64,000 nucleotides of DNA from assembly GCF_006345805.1 (NCBI RefSeq), contig NC_043014.1, positions 28,520,001 through 28,584,000 of the forward strand, in the 5' to 3' direction. This DNA comes from Octopus sinensis. Lineage: Eukaryota. A program made the position numbers and the translations under genes. The notes under the pieces were generated by a model, which did not search any database, was not told where the DNA came from, and worked only from the letters and a program-made list of their open reading frames with translations. Every line of letters begins with the position of its first letter. The first letter of the stretch is position 1. Shown here in pieces: positions 12,291 to 26,774 of this stretch.

Positions 12291-12919
12291 GAACACGAAA
12301 CTGTATTTTTTCGGTCTAGTTAGCCTAGGGAGCAAGCTAATTTTCCGCATCATTTGCTGGACCTTTATAATGGGGTATTCAAATTTATTCAGATTAATCA
12401 TACTAGCACAGTCAACTCGTGATAAGCCAGAAGCTACGAAAGACGACAAAATATATGATGAACTATTATTGTACGGGTGTATTTTTGAGTGTTCCATTGT
12501 CAGAGAGTGTGACACACATAAAATGAGTAAAGGCAAAAGACCAGAACTCGGAGTTTGTTAGTTCTCTTATCCACTATCGCATTTCTATATTTGGTACTAT
12601 TCGATGCACTTCTTAGTAGCTCTCTCATATCCGTAAAAAGAAAACAAAAGCCTTGAAATATATTTACTGTCAGAAGATAACGTCTTGATTGTTATGTCTA
12701 AAACAACATCGTCAGCGTGTACGTACTAGCATAGAGGTGATTCGCAGTATTGTCTGTTCTAACGCAACATCCACTTAAGTGGTGATAAATTTGACCTCTT
12801 GGTATTAATATTCCTTCTGTCGCTTTAATTACGTTTTAATACTGTAAACTTGTATACACATATGTAATGTGTAATGTCGTAAATTTGCATACATACATAT
12901 GGAATATTTAATATTGGTT

Positions 12920-13135
12920 TCCAATTTTGGCACAAGGCCAGTAATTTCGGAGAGAGGACAAGTCCATTACATCCACCTCTGTAATCAACTGATATTTATT
13001 ACCTTTCATCCACGAAACAATGAAATGTAAATCGAACAAGGCGGAGTTTGAACTCACAATATAATGACAGACAAAATGCTGTTAAGCATTTTACTCAGTG
13101 TGCTAACGAGTCTGCTAGCTCACAACCATATATGT
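12920..13135 (-). mobile_element. SINE family D copy; other copies at 19565-19785, 38285-38450, 46730-46900 (minus) and 48095-48290, 55735-55950 (plus)
   Basis: Head G.GAGCT.GCAGA.TCGTTAGCAC, B box GAGTTCAAA.TCC and central CTTTGCCTTTCATCCTTTCGGGGTCGAT.AA.TAAGTACCAGT. The central block resembles domains shared among metazoan SINE superfamilies; assignment not verified. Confidence 0.7.
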
Positions 13136-13329
13136 AACATGTAATATTGTAAGTTTGTATACACATATATGTAAAAAGTATTCTTGCTGTCTACCAATAA
13201 AGAGAAATGTAATCGCACAAGAGAATTCTATATTGATGCCCTATGTGCGAATGCTATCAGAGAAGGAATGCAATGCATACCTAGGTATTCTACTATTAGT
13301 TCTGAAAAGACCAGATAAATATTTGGTAT

Positions 13330-13645
13330 TTAATTGAATACTATATATTTATGGTATGTTTGTTCTTTCTCAAGCCATGCCTGGCTCATAGGGCCGGTTT
13401 CCTGGTTTCCTTGGCGTATAGGTTCCCCACCCGGTCCGTCGCAGGTGAGCTGCAAGATGCAGGTGGAAAGAGTGAGAGAAAGTTGTGGCGAAAGAGTCAG
13501 CAGAAGTTCGTCATTACCTTCTGCCGGAGCCGCGTGGAACTTAGGTATTTCGCTCATAAACACACACATCGCCCGGTCTGAGATTCGAACCCACGATCCC
13601 TCGACCACGAGTCCGCTACTCTAACCACTAGGTCATATGCCTCCA
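13330..13645 (-). mobile_element. tRNA-derived SINE, family C
   Basis: Reverse complement of 4445-4745. Confidence 0.8.
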
Positions 13646-13900
13646 CATATTTATGGTATATCACTATTTAATTTGAATAACTCCTCTAATATAAAGATTA
13701 CTTTCTGAAACTCATCCCGTAAACATTTTTCTTCCATCCGAAGGTTTCATAAAATTTCTCTTTAGGAAACATGTTAAATTGAATTACCGTTCCTCTGAGA
13801 TTTCTCTATCACAGTAGCCAACATAAATAGGGGGAAAAAATTATCAAGTATATGCAGACAAGGTTTAACCTTAGGTGTCGGCATCACTTAAGTTCACCTT

Positions 13901-13951
<51 letters not shown>

Positions 13952-14111
13952 ACACACATATACACACACACGTACGCACACGCACACACACACAGACCCT
14001 CCCACACGCTCACACACGCTCACACAAGCACACACACAGACACACACACACAAAGTCATCCACACACGCGCATACATAGATACAAGGATCTCTCTATCTC
14101 TCTCTCTTTCT

Positions 14112-14149
<38 letters not shown>

Positions 14150-14534
14150 GAGTTACTTTTATTAGAAGGTTTCTAAAACTTATTGTTATAAGAAAATTGT
14201 TCTCTAATTTACCATAGGAAATTACAGGTAATATAACAGCATACATTCAAACTAAATGGTGGCTTTTACTATACACTCTTCCCATTCCTGATATTATTTC
14301 AGATAAAAGCACACTGCCTTGGTACGGACTGAATCTTTTTTGCAACACTATTCTTGTATAGGGGCATAGTATAGAATTCTACAACGCGCTTATATGCTTC
14401 TACATCGAACGAAAGATGTCTATTTAGTGATATTAAAAGCTAAATTTCTCAGATTGCGGGGTAGCATCTTCTCTAGAATAAATAACAAATGCACCCATGT
14501 TTTTTGTGTGTGTTTGTATGAGTGTTTATGTATG

Positions 14535-14790
14535 TGGAGGCACGTGGTTTAGTTGTTGGTGTATTGCATTCATGATTGTCAGATTGTTGTTTCGATTCCT
14601 AGACTGGGCGAGATGTTGTAATCTTAAGTGAAACTCTTCATTTTACGTTGCTCCAGTTTACTCAGCTGGCAAAAATGAGTGATCTTGCGACAGATGGGCA
14701 TCCCGTTCAGGATGGAATAATTTACACTACAGAATCGAGGAAACTGTTCTCAGGAGTCTCTTAATCGGGAATGACCTTTGATCGTATATA
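14535..14790 (+). mobile_element. SINE with a family B head and a family C-like tail
   Basis: Head GGAGGCACGTGGTTTAGT..GTTTCGATTCCTAGA. Tail GCGACAGATGGGCATCCCGTTCAG..CAGAATCGAGGAAACT resembles 4628-4707. Confidence 0.55.
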
Positions 14791-14901
14791 CATATGTGTG
14801 TATATACATATGTATGTATATGTGTGTGTGTATATATATATATATGTATATAATGTATATATATGTATATATATATGTGTGTGTGTGTGTATGTGTGTGT
14901 T

Positions 14902-14943
<42 letters not shown>

Positions 14944-15438
14944 TATATAGATAAATATATCTAGCTAGCTAGATATATAGAAAGATAAATACATACATAG
15001 TTTGATGTACAAACGCAAACGTATGTCTAAATCCGTTCGAAGAGTTTATATGCATCTATAGGTGTTACCGTGTATATGTGCACGTATTGGTACATGCACA
15101 CCGATAAGTGTATACTTATGATTCTAAGTACGAGTGTATAAGTTTCTATGGGTTCATACATAAGTGTCTATTTGTGCATATTTCTACGTACATAATCATG
15201 ATTACATGTTTGTCTGCATACATTCTAAATATAAAACTAATGTTTGTATGCGGATACATATATATGTTTCTAGTTGCATTCGTATGTTTATATATGTAGA
15301 TACGTGTGTGTGTGTTTGTGTTTATGTGTGTGAGTGTGTTTCTTTGTAATATGTATGTTCTTTTTTAAAATATAAATGTGTCCTATTCTACATATTGTTT
15401 CGTCTTCTCCATTTCCCTCTTTTAGAGTTTATATGCTC

Positions 15439-15482
<44 letters not shown>

Positions 15483-15838
15483 TGTACGTATGTACATATA
15501 TTTTCCAATAAATACATGTGTTTGTGTATGCGCTCATTAAGTTGTAGAATGTAATGTGTATGAAATAATGGTTTTTAATTTATGCACAAGGCTAATTATT
15601 TTCGGAGCAGGGAGTTATTCAAATGATATCGAACCCTTTACTTGAGTGGTACTTTAGACCCCCAAATTGATGTCATGTAAAGTCGACTTCGGTGAGTTGT
15701 GAAATCAGAATGCAAAAAAAAACAAACAAAAAGAAACGGGTAGATGCATTTTTTCGAGGAACTCACGATTCTGCCAGCCCGCCAACTTATGACATGCTTA
15801 AAATAGCAATATTTGTCTGAAGTCATTGTGTGTAGGTG

Positions 15839-15894
<56 letters not shown>

Positions 15895-16005
15895 ATGTTT
15901 GTGTATGCGTATGTATGGTTGTGTGCATATATGTGCGCGTGTTTTTATATATATATACACGCACACACACATATAAATATAGAGGGAGAGAAACACAGAG
16001 TTAGA

Positions 16006-16131
<126 letters not shown>

Positions 16132-16171
16132 CAGATATATAGGTTGATAGTCAAATAAATAGCTTGTAGTG

Positions 16172-16226
<55 letters not shown>

Positions 16227-16280
16227 TGTATACAGATATATACAGATAGATAGATAGATAGATAAATAGATAGATGATAT

Positions 16281-16403
<123 letters not shown>

Positions 16404-16502
16404 TGCATGCTCGTATGTATGCATAAATTGCAATTTCGTATATATTGACTAGTAAGTAATGTTTGGAAATTTCCATTAACACTTGACATTTCAATGCCTT
16501 AC

Positions 16503-16654
16503 TTTTTTGTGAAGAACTTTCTTGAATAATTTTTGTATTAATATATTCCAACGAATGCTTAAATTCTGTTGACTTTGACAAGTGATTTAGCACAAAATAT
16601 CTAGGCCCTCGAGTTAAGTATTTCGCCACAACATTAATATACATACATACAATC

Positions 16655-16699
<45 letters not shown>

Positions 16700-16889
16700 C
16701 AGACACACAGAGATACACACATACATTCATACATATATATGTATGTATGTGTGTATGTATGTATGTGTATGTGTACATATGTGTGTATATTGTATGTATA
16801 TATATATATATATATATATATTCTATATATATATATATATATATATATACATACAATATACACACACATATATACACATACATACATAC

Positions 16890-16921
<32 letters not shown>

Positions 16922-17862
16922 GGAGGGAAGGAAAGAAGGAAAGAAAGAACGAATGTAAGTTGGTAAGTTTTTACATTTACCTCATATACGAAATACCCAA
17001 ATGAAATTTACAGGGAAGTAAAGAAATGCTCTTTACAGCCTTTGGCTGCAGAGTGAAATTCAATGATTTTATTTTATTGGAACTAATTTATTCATAGCAG
17101 CACCGTAGCGATATTGAGTAAACCCAAAGGGATTGCTTTTGAAACTAACCTCACATCAATATATTATCAATGTAACATTGTCAAATCAAATTTTCATTCG
17201 AATGCATACGTTCTCAGTTTACAATTTCAAAATTAGTGGTTTTGAAAGTTACCACTTTCCAGTGACTGAAGAAGGGGTCTAGGTAAAGGGGTCTAGGAAA
17301 AGATAAAAGTATTTCTGACTGAAAAGTTAATATTTGAAAACATTGTTTTAAAATGAAACAAGTATTTAATAAAGATTAAATGAAGGAATGTGCTATTTCC
17401 ATATTATGTATCCTTTATGTCCCAATAAGCCTCCTACTCCTCCTCTCTTTCCCCCTCTCACTTCATATATATGCATTTATGATATTCCCTACATAAACTC
17501 ATATGTATAAACATATCCCTTATATATGTATAATTTCAGATTGGAGATATATTGATTTGAGAGAATTGATTTTTCTCTATTTACTACAAGAGATTCAACA
17601 TACATGTTGAATTATGCTTATAGCTATATAATTATATATAGCAAGAAAAGTTTTAGTAAATATTTCTGCTATAGTATTGCGGCAGACTTATCGCAGTAGT
17701 GATCTGCTAACATTTTAGTTGCATTGTTTTGTATTCAATTAATAATGAAGCTAATTTTGAATTTCTTCAATTATTTTTTAATGTAAGTAAATAATTACTT
17801 ATTCTTTCAAGTACATCTCTAAAATTGTTCTGTTCACCAATTAAAATGATCTGGATCACACA
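16503..17862 (-). CDS. Four candidate exons (17799-17862, 17223-17278, 16981-17045, 16503-16600) that splice in phase
   Basis: GT-AG joins give [94 protein letters not shown] without stops. Splice sites were picked by eye, so chance cannot be excluded. Confidence 0.25.
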
Positions 17863-18733
17863 CTTAAGAAAGAACACAAGTATAAACATACGCTCATGCA
17901 CACACAAAATTTATATATTCACATAAAAGAGTTCTGTCCGTTATCGTTACTTTTCACAATCGACAACATCTTGTATTAATTAATTCATTAATCTTATAGA
18001 AGATAGAAATATGTGCACGTTGTAACATACGCATGCAGCATTTTATATAAAAACAGAAAATAAACGTTATATATAGATTATATGGAATATCTACAGATTA
18101 TATATATAACCAAACATATCCACATATACTAACACACACACACACAAGCACAGCCATCTCCCGCTTTCTCTAGTGCAGCAAGCGCCATGCAAGCTGCAGT
18201 CAACACTTTATCAACAGGCGCTACTACTAAACTTTAGTTGCTTTTATGCACAGTACTAAGTGCTACAGTTTACCATCAACTTAAACGGAATGGTTTTGTA
18301 TTTTGATGGGTGTGCGTGTGTGAGTGTTTATCGCGCCATTGTGAGTGTAATTTGTATATACAAGCGACTACTTATAAGTGTATGTGTGTATGTACGTATA
18401 CATGCATGTTATGAATAATACACTTGAGGATACAAGTCAGGTAAAACGAAGTCGGTTATGTAAGGGAAGGATGGGGAAAAAAAAACTAGAGTGATGTCTG
18501 AGAGAGACAAAGTAGAGTGAAGAGGCTGATACTTCAGATAGACTTTGGTGGAAGTAGCATGTGTACTGCACCTGTAGAGGAACAGATGTGGTAACGGTAG
18601 AAGAAGAGGGGAGAGGAGGAGAAACACGCTTTTGAGCAAGTTAATTCACAAATCATCCGAGAAAGTGCCTTTAGAGACTTGTGATATTTCGTCGAGGAGA
18701 TATATGAAGAGTATGTGTGTGTGTGTGTTTGTT

Positions 18734-18812
<79 letters not shown>

Positions 18813-18849
18813 TTGCGTGTGTGTGTGTGTGTGGTGGCAACAGAAACTT

Positions 18850-19450
18850 CTCAGTACTGTGAATTATGTTTTAATGTGAATCTTGCTTGAGTCTTGCCGA
18901 GGGTCAGCAGCTAATCAGAGAAGTATTCTTTTTTTTTGCCCCTGAAAAGATATTCAGTCTTGGGAAAGTAAATTTGTACAATTTTATATTATAAGATCAC
19001 CAGAGTGATAGTCAGAATTGTGGGCCAAGAGTTTGTAGTAACTTTAAGAGGGTTACCCGTGTAGTGAATAGTTGTTCTCTTGGAATCTGTGATAATTTTG
19101 TTTTTATCTAATTGGCAAATACTAAGGTGTTTTGGCTCCAATTAAGGATGTTATCGAGGGTTCTCTTCATGTTAAGGGAGGACGTCTGACGTTTTTAGTT
19201 TTGCTTGTAGGTGATGCCTATGTGTCGAAGAAGTAAAAGATGGAGATAAAATTTACAGGAGTATGCATGTAGGATTATGTTCAATATTAGCAGGGCATTA
19301 ATACAAAGAAGGTAGGATGTAGGACGACGTCGGATACAGTATTTGACGGAGTACTTGTTACCGAGAGCTTCATTAGCGTACTCAGCGATTAGTTTGAGAG
19401 CCACTAGTTAAAAGATGAAAGTAGGGTTGAACTTAAGCATGCAACGTAGC
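18850..19450 (-). mobile_element. Highly decayed CR1/Jockey-group LINE RT fragment
   Basis: PTSYLLCINALL..ILHAYSCKFYLH (cf. PTLFLLFINDLL..IHSYADDSTLH), RTLDNILNWSQNTLVF, and LFRGKKEYFSD*LLTLGKTQARFTL (cf. LFRARKYFSPDQLLTLYKAQIRPTL). Confidence 0.65.
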
Positions 19451-21129
19451 TGCTGTACACTTATGCCATATTATGCCATTACAACAGGCCATAAACCCAA
19501 GAGATATAAGTTTATTTACCTATTACTTTGCCAGTAAACTTCTCACTGATAATAATTAAAATATTGATTTCAAATTGTGACACAAGGCCAGCAATTTCGG
19601 GGAAGGGGTAAGTCGATTACATGGACTCCAGATCTCAACTGGTACTTATTTTTATCGTCCCAGAAAGGATGAAAGGCAAAGATGACCTCGGCGGAATTTG
19701 AACTGAGAAAATAAAGACGGACGAAATGCTACTAAGCATTTTGTCTGGCGTGCTAACAACCCTGCCAACTTGCCGTCTTACAATAGTTAAAATACTGCAA
19801 CATAGTTGATTGGTTAATGATATCTAAAATAGACTTTAATCTGAACGTTCATTTTATCCAATTATTATTTCACGCAAGGAAAGTTATAATCTACGAGAAT
19901 AAAATAGCACAAGTTTTGGAGAGTAAACAGCAAATTTCTATCCTGCTGATATCAACCTAAAATTTTGAAAAACGAAATCTCTACTGCCTTTATCAGATGT
20001 AAAACTTGACTGAAGCTTACTTCGAATTTCTTTATTATTTAGAAGTTATTGAAAAAGTTGGTAAAGTATCGCGGATCTCGTTAAAAATAGCTAAATTCAA
20101 AATATTTTGCGATACTCTGCTGTCTATTTCAGAGACTGTCAAAAGAAAAGAATTTTCACTACGTAAAAAAAAATTGCAATAAACAAATAAAATATATATG
20201 TACGTAAACTTAAATATACTAATAAGGCTTGGAGGCAAACTGGCGAAGATGTTAGTGTCAGCTTGATTTCTTCAGGGGTAATTTGTCCTAGCTTCCTGAG
20301 TGCAAATCCCACTGAAGTAAACTTCTCTTTTCATAACTGAAAAATAAAGTTCTTATGCATTCTAGGATTGATAATTTTTCTTTCTTTTTTATTCTGTGGA
20401 AGAAAACAGCAGTGTTGGGAACAGAGGAATGATGGGTTCCATTAAAACAAATTCCAAGACATGTCGTATGACATGACGGCACTTTTCTGGCTTCATTGGA
20501 GATTAAGGGCCCAAGGAAGGACCCATATATAGCAGTACACTTTGTTACTCTTGCAGATGTGGAGATGAAGAGTAAAATATTTCTGCTGAAGTAAGAGCAT
20601 TATTCTTGGGTTAGTTGTCTAATAATATCTGCTTCTAATATGGGCACCGGGCCTAAATATTTAGGAAAGAGAATTAGTTGATTCCATCAACCACTACTCG
20701 ACTGTTACTTTATTTTATCGACTCCAGTAGGATTGAACTCTGGTGGTAAAGAGGCATTTCTTCAAACGTTCATGCGATTCTGCCAGGGAAACATTGTTTC
20801 CCTTTCATTAGGCTGAAGTTTAATTTTTATTTTTTCTATTGGAAAAATATTATTACCTTGGATTTCATTCAATCTGTAATCTTAAATTAAGATTTAATAG
20901 CTCGATAAATGATATCCAATGATATATATATACTTATCTACACACACAGACAGGTAAATATCTACATACACATTCTATATGTATATATACATACATACAT
21001 ACATACATGCATACATACATACTTACATAAACACACTCATACATACCCACATATATATACATATACATACATATACATACATATATATAATATATATATA
21101 TATATATTATATATATATAAGCACAAATA

Positions 21130-21311
21130 AAGGTTACAAACCTCATTCTGCTAAATCCACTCACAAAGCTCTGGTTGGCCTTGCAAAGATCCAGTAGACA
21201 GAAACTGTAGAAGTCACTTAGTTTAAAACCCTTGTCCAAGGTGCCGCACAATGGGACTGAATCCGTAATCATGTGGTTGGGAAGCGAACTTCTTACCACA
21301 CTACCACGCTA

Positions 21312-21351
<40 letters not shown>

Positions 21352-22060
21352 TTCTCTCTTTCTCTCTTTACTTGTTTCAGTTATCTGACTGTGGCCATGC
21401 TGGTGCACCGCCTTTAATCGAGCAACTCGATCCCGGGACTTATTCTTTGTAAGCCCAGTACTTATTCTATCGGTCTCTTTTGCCGAACCGCTAAGTGAAG
21501 AGGACATAAACACACCAGCATCGGTTGTCAAGCAATGCTAGGGGGACAAACACAGACACACAAACATAGACACACAAACACATATATACATATATACGAC
21601 GGGCTTCTTTCATTTTCCGTCACAAGGCTTTGGTCGGCCTGAGGCTATAGTAGAAGACACTTGCCCAAGGTGCCACGTAGTGGGACTGAACCCGGAACCA
21701 TGTGGTTGGTAAACAAGCTACTTACCACACCATTTGACTGAGGCCCTGATGGAACACCGCCTTTAGTCGAACATATCGACCCTAGGACTTATTCTTTGTA
21801 AGCCTAGTACTTATTCTATCAGTCTCTTTTGCCGAACCGGTAAGTGACAGGGACGTAAACATACCAACATCGGTTGTCAAACACACACACACACACATAC
21901 AAACACTCACACAAACACACACACAAACACACACACATATATATACGATGGGCTTCTTTCACTTTCTGTCTGTATCCACTCACAGGGCTTTAGTGCCACG
22001 CAGAAGGACTGAACCTGGAACCATGTGGTTGAGAAGCAAGCTTCTTACCACACAACCAGA
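21130..22060 (-). mobile_element. Cluster of three partial to full SINE family A copies
   Basis: Repeated CACAAGGC..CCCAAGGTGCCACG.AGTGGGACTGAACCCGGAACCATGTGGTTG..AGC.ACTTACCACAC heads, and GGACTTATTCTTTGTAAGC..TCTTTTGCCGAACCG tails. Confidence 0.85.
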
Positions 22061-23120
22061 ATCAAGAATACTGCTACATCAAATAAATATATTTGGTGAC
22101 AGCTTCCTTGCTGGTGTCTGCTTTATTCTGCGTAGCTTTCTGACTATGTGTCTAATGACGCATACCACCAATAACGACGATACAATACTAATCTTAAAAC
22201 GCTACTCACCCCTATCCATTAATCCAAATGTTCGCTAAACTAAATTACTCTGGGGTTGAAATCATGAATTCACACGGGAGAATCATATAGAAGCGGCATG
22301 CCCATATTATCATAGCTCTGTGTTAGCCGAGCATTTCATACCAGTTTGCATATTTACGGATTTAAATTCGATATGTCTAGAGTGAAACATTCTGAAAAAT
22401 ATTTGATTATCTTCTTTTGTTCTGAAGTTTTGCTTGAGTAAAACTTATCAGTCACTCGCCAACAATAATAAATCTCATCGTTATTTCTATCATCTGTAAA
22501 ATATTCACGCCCAATAAATAAATATAGTCACTTTTTAATACCCTTGTTAAAATGGGTCAATAAATATTATTGACTACGTAGAATTGAATATAGAAAATAT
22601 CTTAGTCACATTTATCTACAAATTGAATTATAATCATCAGAGAAACCGTTTTATATATTGACATTTAAACGTACGACATATTTTATTCATATTCCCATTT
22701 GTTTGTTACAGGACAAAAATAGCATGTCTTTCACTATTAACTTACACTTTGTTTTCAAAAATGTCAAGTAAATTTTCGGTGAAATAAGGTAATAAATGTG
22801 ATTGAGAGATAAAAATGTGAAGTAGACAAATCCATAAAGCTATTGATTTTTGCATCTTCTTGCAGAAACTGTGAGGCAGTCAACTGTTTCGGAAAACATA
22901 TTGGATCGGATCAACTACACGCATCGCATCCCTGAAACTTTGAACGTAAGTATACATGATTTTGAATTGTGGACTATTTCTTTAGTTGCTGGTATTCTAT
23001 CTTTACATTTCTGAGCAATCGTTAGAATCAGAACGATTTTACAATGGAAATTTCCATTTCACATGAAACCAAAATTCATAAAAAATATACAATGGTGTAT
23101 GTTATTTTTAACCTGATTAA

Positions 23121-23341
23121 CCCTTTAGCATTTAAACCAGCCATATCTGGCCAAAAGTATTCTGCCTGTTTTATGTTCAAAATGGTCAGATCTGGTCTCT
23201 CACACCAACCCTACAATGTTGTTTTAAAAATTAACAGCTACCTCATCAAAATCTCATAGCTACAAGATAATGCATGATTAATTCAAAACAATGTGGATGA
23301 AAAAGCTTTAATTTTGGCAGAATAATGCGAACACTAAAGGG
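23121..23341. mobile_element. piggyBac-like MITE
   Basis: TTAA|CCCTTTAG ... CTAAAGGG|TTAA: TTAA target duplication and CCC-initiated TIRs, 221 bp, non-coding. Confidence 0.75.
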
Positions 23342-24526
23342 TTAAAGGTACGATGAATTTACCTTATTCGGATGTGAATAATGTGGAAACGCATGCTGAT
23401 AAGAAAGCTAAAAGAGGAATCTTCTTATCGAATAAATAAGAATATTCCACACCTTTTTAAGTACAAATTAAAATAATCTCGAAGAAAATTAAAATAACCT
23501 CAAAACAAAATTAAAATAATTTTTGAGCAAATTAATGTTGCCTTTTTACCAGAATCATGTCATCATTTGACTGCGGCCATGCCTTGGCACCGCCTTGAAG
23601 GGTTTTAGTCGAAAAAAGATCAGGACATTTTATCGGGCTCTATTGCTGGACCACTAGGTTACAGGGACGTAAACACACTAACACCGGTTGTCAAGCAGTG
23701 GTGGGGAGAAGCAAAGATAGAAACACACACACGCACACACACACATATTGAGAAAAAAGTCAAAATTTTTGAAAAAAAATATTTTTATTTCTTCATTATT
23801 AACGCTTTCGTTCCTTTCTCATAAAATTATGTGAATGTACAAACAGCTTGTTCATTTATATAAAACAGAAGTTTTGTGGGGTGGGGTTCTTTAAAAGAGA
23901 CCATTGTTTTTTTTGGGGGGGAAGGGTGAGGTTCCATGACAATGGAGATGGATAGATAGAAATATAGGTAGGTGTATAGGGTGATAGATAAATAGATAGA
24001 TAAATAGATAGATAGATAGAGAGAGAGAGAGTGATGGATAGATAAAGAGATAGATAGTCAGAGAGATAGACAGATAGGTAGAGGAAGAGAGAAGGGGGTA
24101 TCCCCCTTCCTATTTACCATTTATTTATTTATTTAGTCCTTTACCATTGTATTGGAATGGGTTTAAGGACGGTGACCTCTTCAAAAAAAGAAAAAGAAAA
24201 AAGAAAAAGTAAAACGAAAAGGAAAACAGGTGCGGTTTGGTCATCACTGAATGTCATTTTGCTTTCTTTGCTTTCATTTTGCTTTCTATCTCTACTCTGT
24301 TGCTGGACCACTAGGTTACAAGGACGTAAACACACTAACACCGGTTGTCAACCTGTGGTGGGGAGAATGTCTTTTTTCTTTCTTTCTCTGTTCCCGTTAC
24401 CTTGCGTTTTATTTATTTTTTTTTTTTTGAAGTGGACATCATCCTTAAACCCATTCAAATAAAGTAGAGGATTAAATAAATAAATGAGGTGAATAGATAG
24501 GGCATATATATATATATATATTATAT

Positions 24527-24569
<43 letters not shown>

Positions 24570-24594
24570 GCGAAAATCACGCACCAAAACATTA

Positions 24595-24778
24595 TTATTA
24601 TTATTATTATTATTATATTATTATTATTATTATGATTATTATTATTATTATTATTGTGTGAGAGAGCAGTGCATGACCTTGCATGTGGACTACAGTTAGA
24701 ATTTTCTTCTGGTCGAGTAGCCCATCTCGCTCAAATGGTCAAAATTATTATTATTATCATTATTATTATTATTATTAT

Positions 24779-24828
<50 letters not shown>

Positions 24829-24830
24829 TC
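24595..24830. repeat. (ATT)n and (ACT)n trinucleotide tracts
   Basis: Direct reading. Confidence 0.95.
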
Positions 24831-25499
24831 ATTTAAGGTTACGAGTTGGCAGAGCCGTTAGCATGCAGGGCAAAATGCTTTGTGGCATTTCGTCCGGTAG
24901 TAACAACTGGATCCCAATCCTCTTGCCGGACTGAACACTTACGCGTATATAAGTTTGAAGTACAAAACTCTTACATGATTTTCGTTTACCTCCCTTTTTC
25001 GGTATCCCATGAAATGCTAGGTCTTGTAGCTTGACAGAAGCTTCGGTGGTTTGAAGCTGACTTTCGTGTTCCATAAATAAACGAAACATTGTACGCCTAA
25101 AACTAATGTTAATATATAAATTCAGATTTATGACGAATCGACGAAAATTTCAGTAAATCACAAAATAAACAATGTATTATGCTTTACCGAAATATCTATT
25201 CAAATAGTTTTGGTATCATTTATGTCTAAGACGTGTTTATTTTAATTTGTTTCGAGATTATTTTAAATTTTACACGAAGCGTTATAGAAGTTTTTGGTTT
25301 AAGCATTACATAAAAACACATACGTCCCAATAATAACATAACAGCTGCTTAGTACCGGATCAAGGTGACAATCAACTCTCAGTATGCAAAAATTTCGAGA
25401 TTGGACACAAAATGTAAAATGAAGTTAATCAAAGCTGAAACACATTTCATTTCGTACTGTTCAGTGTAAGTAAGGTGTGGAGATCTTAAATGATGATGT

Positions 25500-26110
25500 A
25501 AGGCGGCGAATTAGCAGAAACGTTAGCACGCCGGCCGAAATGCTTAGCGGTATTTCGTCTGCCGCTACGTGCTGAGTTCAAATTCCACCGATGTCGACTT
25601 TGCCTTTCATCCTTTCGTGGTCGTTTAAATAAGTACCAGTTACGCACTGAGGTCGATGTAATCGACTTAATCCGTTTGTCTGTCCTTGTTTGTCCCCTCT
25701 GCATTTAGCCCTTATGGGTGGTAAAGAAATAGGTATTTCGTCTGCCGCTACGTTCTGAGTTCAAATTCCGCCGAGGTCGACTTTGCCTTTCATCCTTTCG
25801 GGGTCGATTAAATTAGTACCAGTTATGCAGTCGGGTCGCTATAATCGACTTAATCCGTTTGTCTGTCTTTGTTTGTCTTCTCTGTGTTTAGCACTTTGTG
25901 GGTAGTAAAGAAATAGGTATTTCGTCTGCGCTACGTTCTGAGTTCAAATTCCGCCGAGGTCGACTTTGCCCTTCATCCTTTCGGGGTCGATTAAATAAGT
26001 ACCAGTTACGCAGTGGGGTCAATATAATCAACTTAATCCGTTTGTCTGTCCTTGTTTGTCCTCTCTGTGTTTAGCTCTTTGTGGGTAGTAAAGAAATAGG
26101 TATTTCGTTA
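25500..26110 (+). mobile_element. SINE family D: one head followed by three head-to-tail body units of about 183 bp
   Basis: GTATTTCGTCTGCCGCTACG..CTGAGTTCAAATTCC restarts at about 25550, 25733 and 25918, with a truncated restart at about 26100. Confidence 0.9.
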
Positions 26111-26774
26111 TGACGGTTCAAAGAAATCTACAACAGTTGTCAAGTAGTGGAAAAGGACGAACACACACACACACACATACACATACACACACACACACAT
26201 ACACACACACACATATACGCATACGAAAAGCTTCTTTTAGTTTCCGTCTGGGAACTCAACTCACAAGACTTTGGTCGTCCCCGAGCTGTAGTAGAAACAC
26301 TTTCCTAGTGTGCCACGGTGTCAGAGAAACTGAATCTCTGACATCATGGTCGGGAAGCAAGCTTCTTAACACACAGTCACGCATTCGCTATACGAAATCA
26401 CCAAATCAACATTTTGTTTATCGTTTTTATTTCCAAAATTTATCTAAAGCTTACAGGAAAGAAGGATTAAGGAAAATACAGAAGCTCAAGTGCAAGAGTG
26501 GCTCGAATGTTCAGTCGTTGGATTTATGACCCTTGTTCCTTTACAAACAGTTCTGTTCGCATAAAGTGTAGAGGCAAACAAAACACGGCATTAAATTGAT
26601 ATTTTAATAAGTTACTGTTGTAATTACGTTCTACAACGAAATTATTTCTGTGGTTTCTTAAATTTTAGGAATTTTTCTATCAGTTCGAGTCAAATATTTA
26701 CTATGTATGCATTTGCATATATGGGAGTATATATATATATATTATATTATATATATATATATATATATAATATA

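Noticed and set aside
12660-12760. RT YADD-like motif (HLYA..DDVVL on minus) or an exon
   Set aside because: It needs a frameshift and has no supporting flanking RT motifs.
14277-14419. Clean minus-strand exon HLSFDVEAYKRVVEFY...
   Set aside because: As written, the frame hits TGA after an A5 run. It is only open if a homopolymer error is assumed, so it is not listed as a feature.
25500-26110. CRISPR-like array
   Set aside because: The units are contiguous 183-bp SINE bodies with no unique spacers, in a eukaryotic context with no cas genes.
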